Of a DNA stretch of 36,575 nucleotides, positions 36,519 to 36,575 are shown piece by piece. The stretch covers positions 1 to 36,575 of the forward strand of contig JAXDQU010000102.1 in assembly GCA_034667685.1 (NCBI GenBank). The letters run 5' to 3'. The first letter of the stretch is position 1. Every line of letters begins with the position of its first letter. Both the position numbers and the translations under genes were made by a program. The notes beneath the pieces are model-generated. The model ran no database searches. It had not been told where the DNA came from and was given only the letters and a program-made list of their open reading frames with translations. Source of the stretch: Thermoplasmata archaeon (GTDB lineage Archaea > Thermoplasmatota > SW-10-69-26 > JACQPN01 > JAJPHT01).

Positions 36519-36575
36519 CGGGCTCGGGGCTCTGGACTCAGGGCTCATGGCTCCGGAGCCTTGAGCCCTGAGTCC
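36519..36575. repeat. Second GGGCTC-heptamer palindrome (truncated at window end)
   Basis: 20-nt gggctctggactcagggctc identical at 36527-36546 and 29647-29666; reverse arm gagcctt gagccct gagtcc. Confidence 0.85.

Noticed and set aside
9168-36575. Intergenic repeats as CRISPR arrays or IS ends
   Set aside because: Units are 6-9 nt with no unique spacers, there are no cas or transposase genes, and no target-site duplications were evident.

Overview
A high-GC (roughly 70% by eye) prokaryotic chromosomal window, most likely archaeal. Evidence for this: TrmY, TATA-like boxes about 25-45 nt upstream of starts, an 11-subunit-type complex I with split NuoJ, and a COG3398 double-wHTH regulator. The proteins are not acidic, so a high-GC Thermoplasmatota-type lineage is more likely than a haloarchaeon (inference). 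The core is a 12-gene nuo/fpo-like operon (A,B,C,D,H,I,J1,J2,K,L,M,N; 13397-24574) with no NuoEFG, FpoF or FpoO in the window. Around it are housekeeping and accessory genes: a CxxC-x17-CxxC protein, an HxlR/VOC/SRPBCC divergon, acyl-CoA carboxyltransferase beta, a CocE/NonD lipoprotein, a DsbA-like SxxC protein, cystathionine gamma-synthase/lyase, TrmY, TlpA, an ArsR-like regulator, a class V PLP enzyme, an M24 peptidase, LtrA, SnoaL, a radical SAM protein, a PRC-barrel protein and many secreted hypothetical proteins. No rRNA, tRNA, CRISPR array or transposase was seen. Four observations stand out. (1) About nine intergenic palindromes share one architecture, a tandem 6-9-nt repeat followed by its reverse complement, but use unrelated unit sequences. 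(2) A divergent three-gene module (secreted FN3-like protein, double-wHTH regulator, membrane-anchored ectodomain-TM-TPR protein) with related promoter motifs is a candidate transmembrane signalling system. (3) A 77-bp translatable MIRU-like insert forms a hairpin over the nuoN start codon. (4) A palindromic octamer TG(A/C)TA(T/G)CA and its core TGATATC recur against the local codon bias. All family calls come from motif recognition; no database searches were run.
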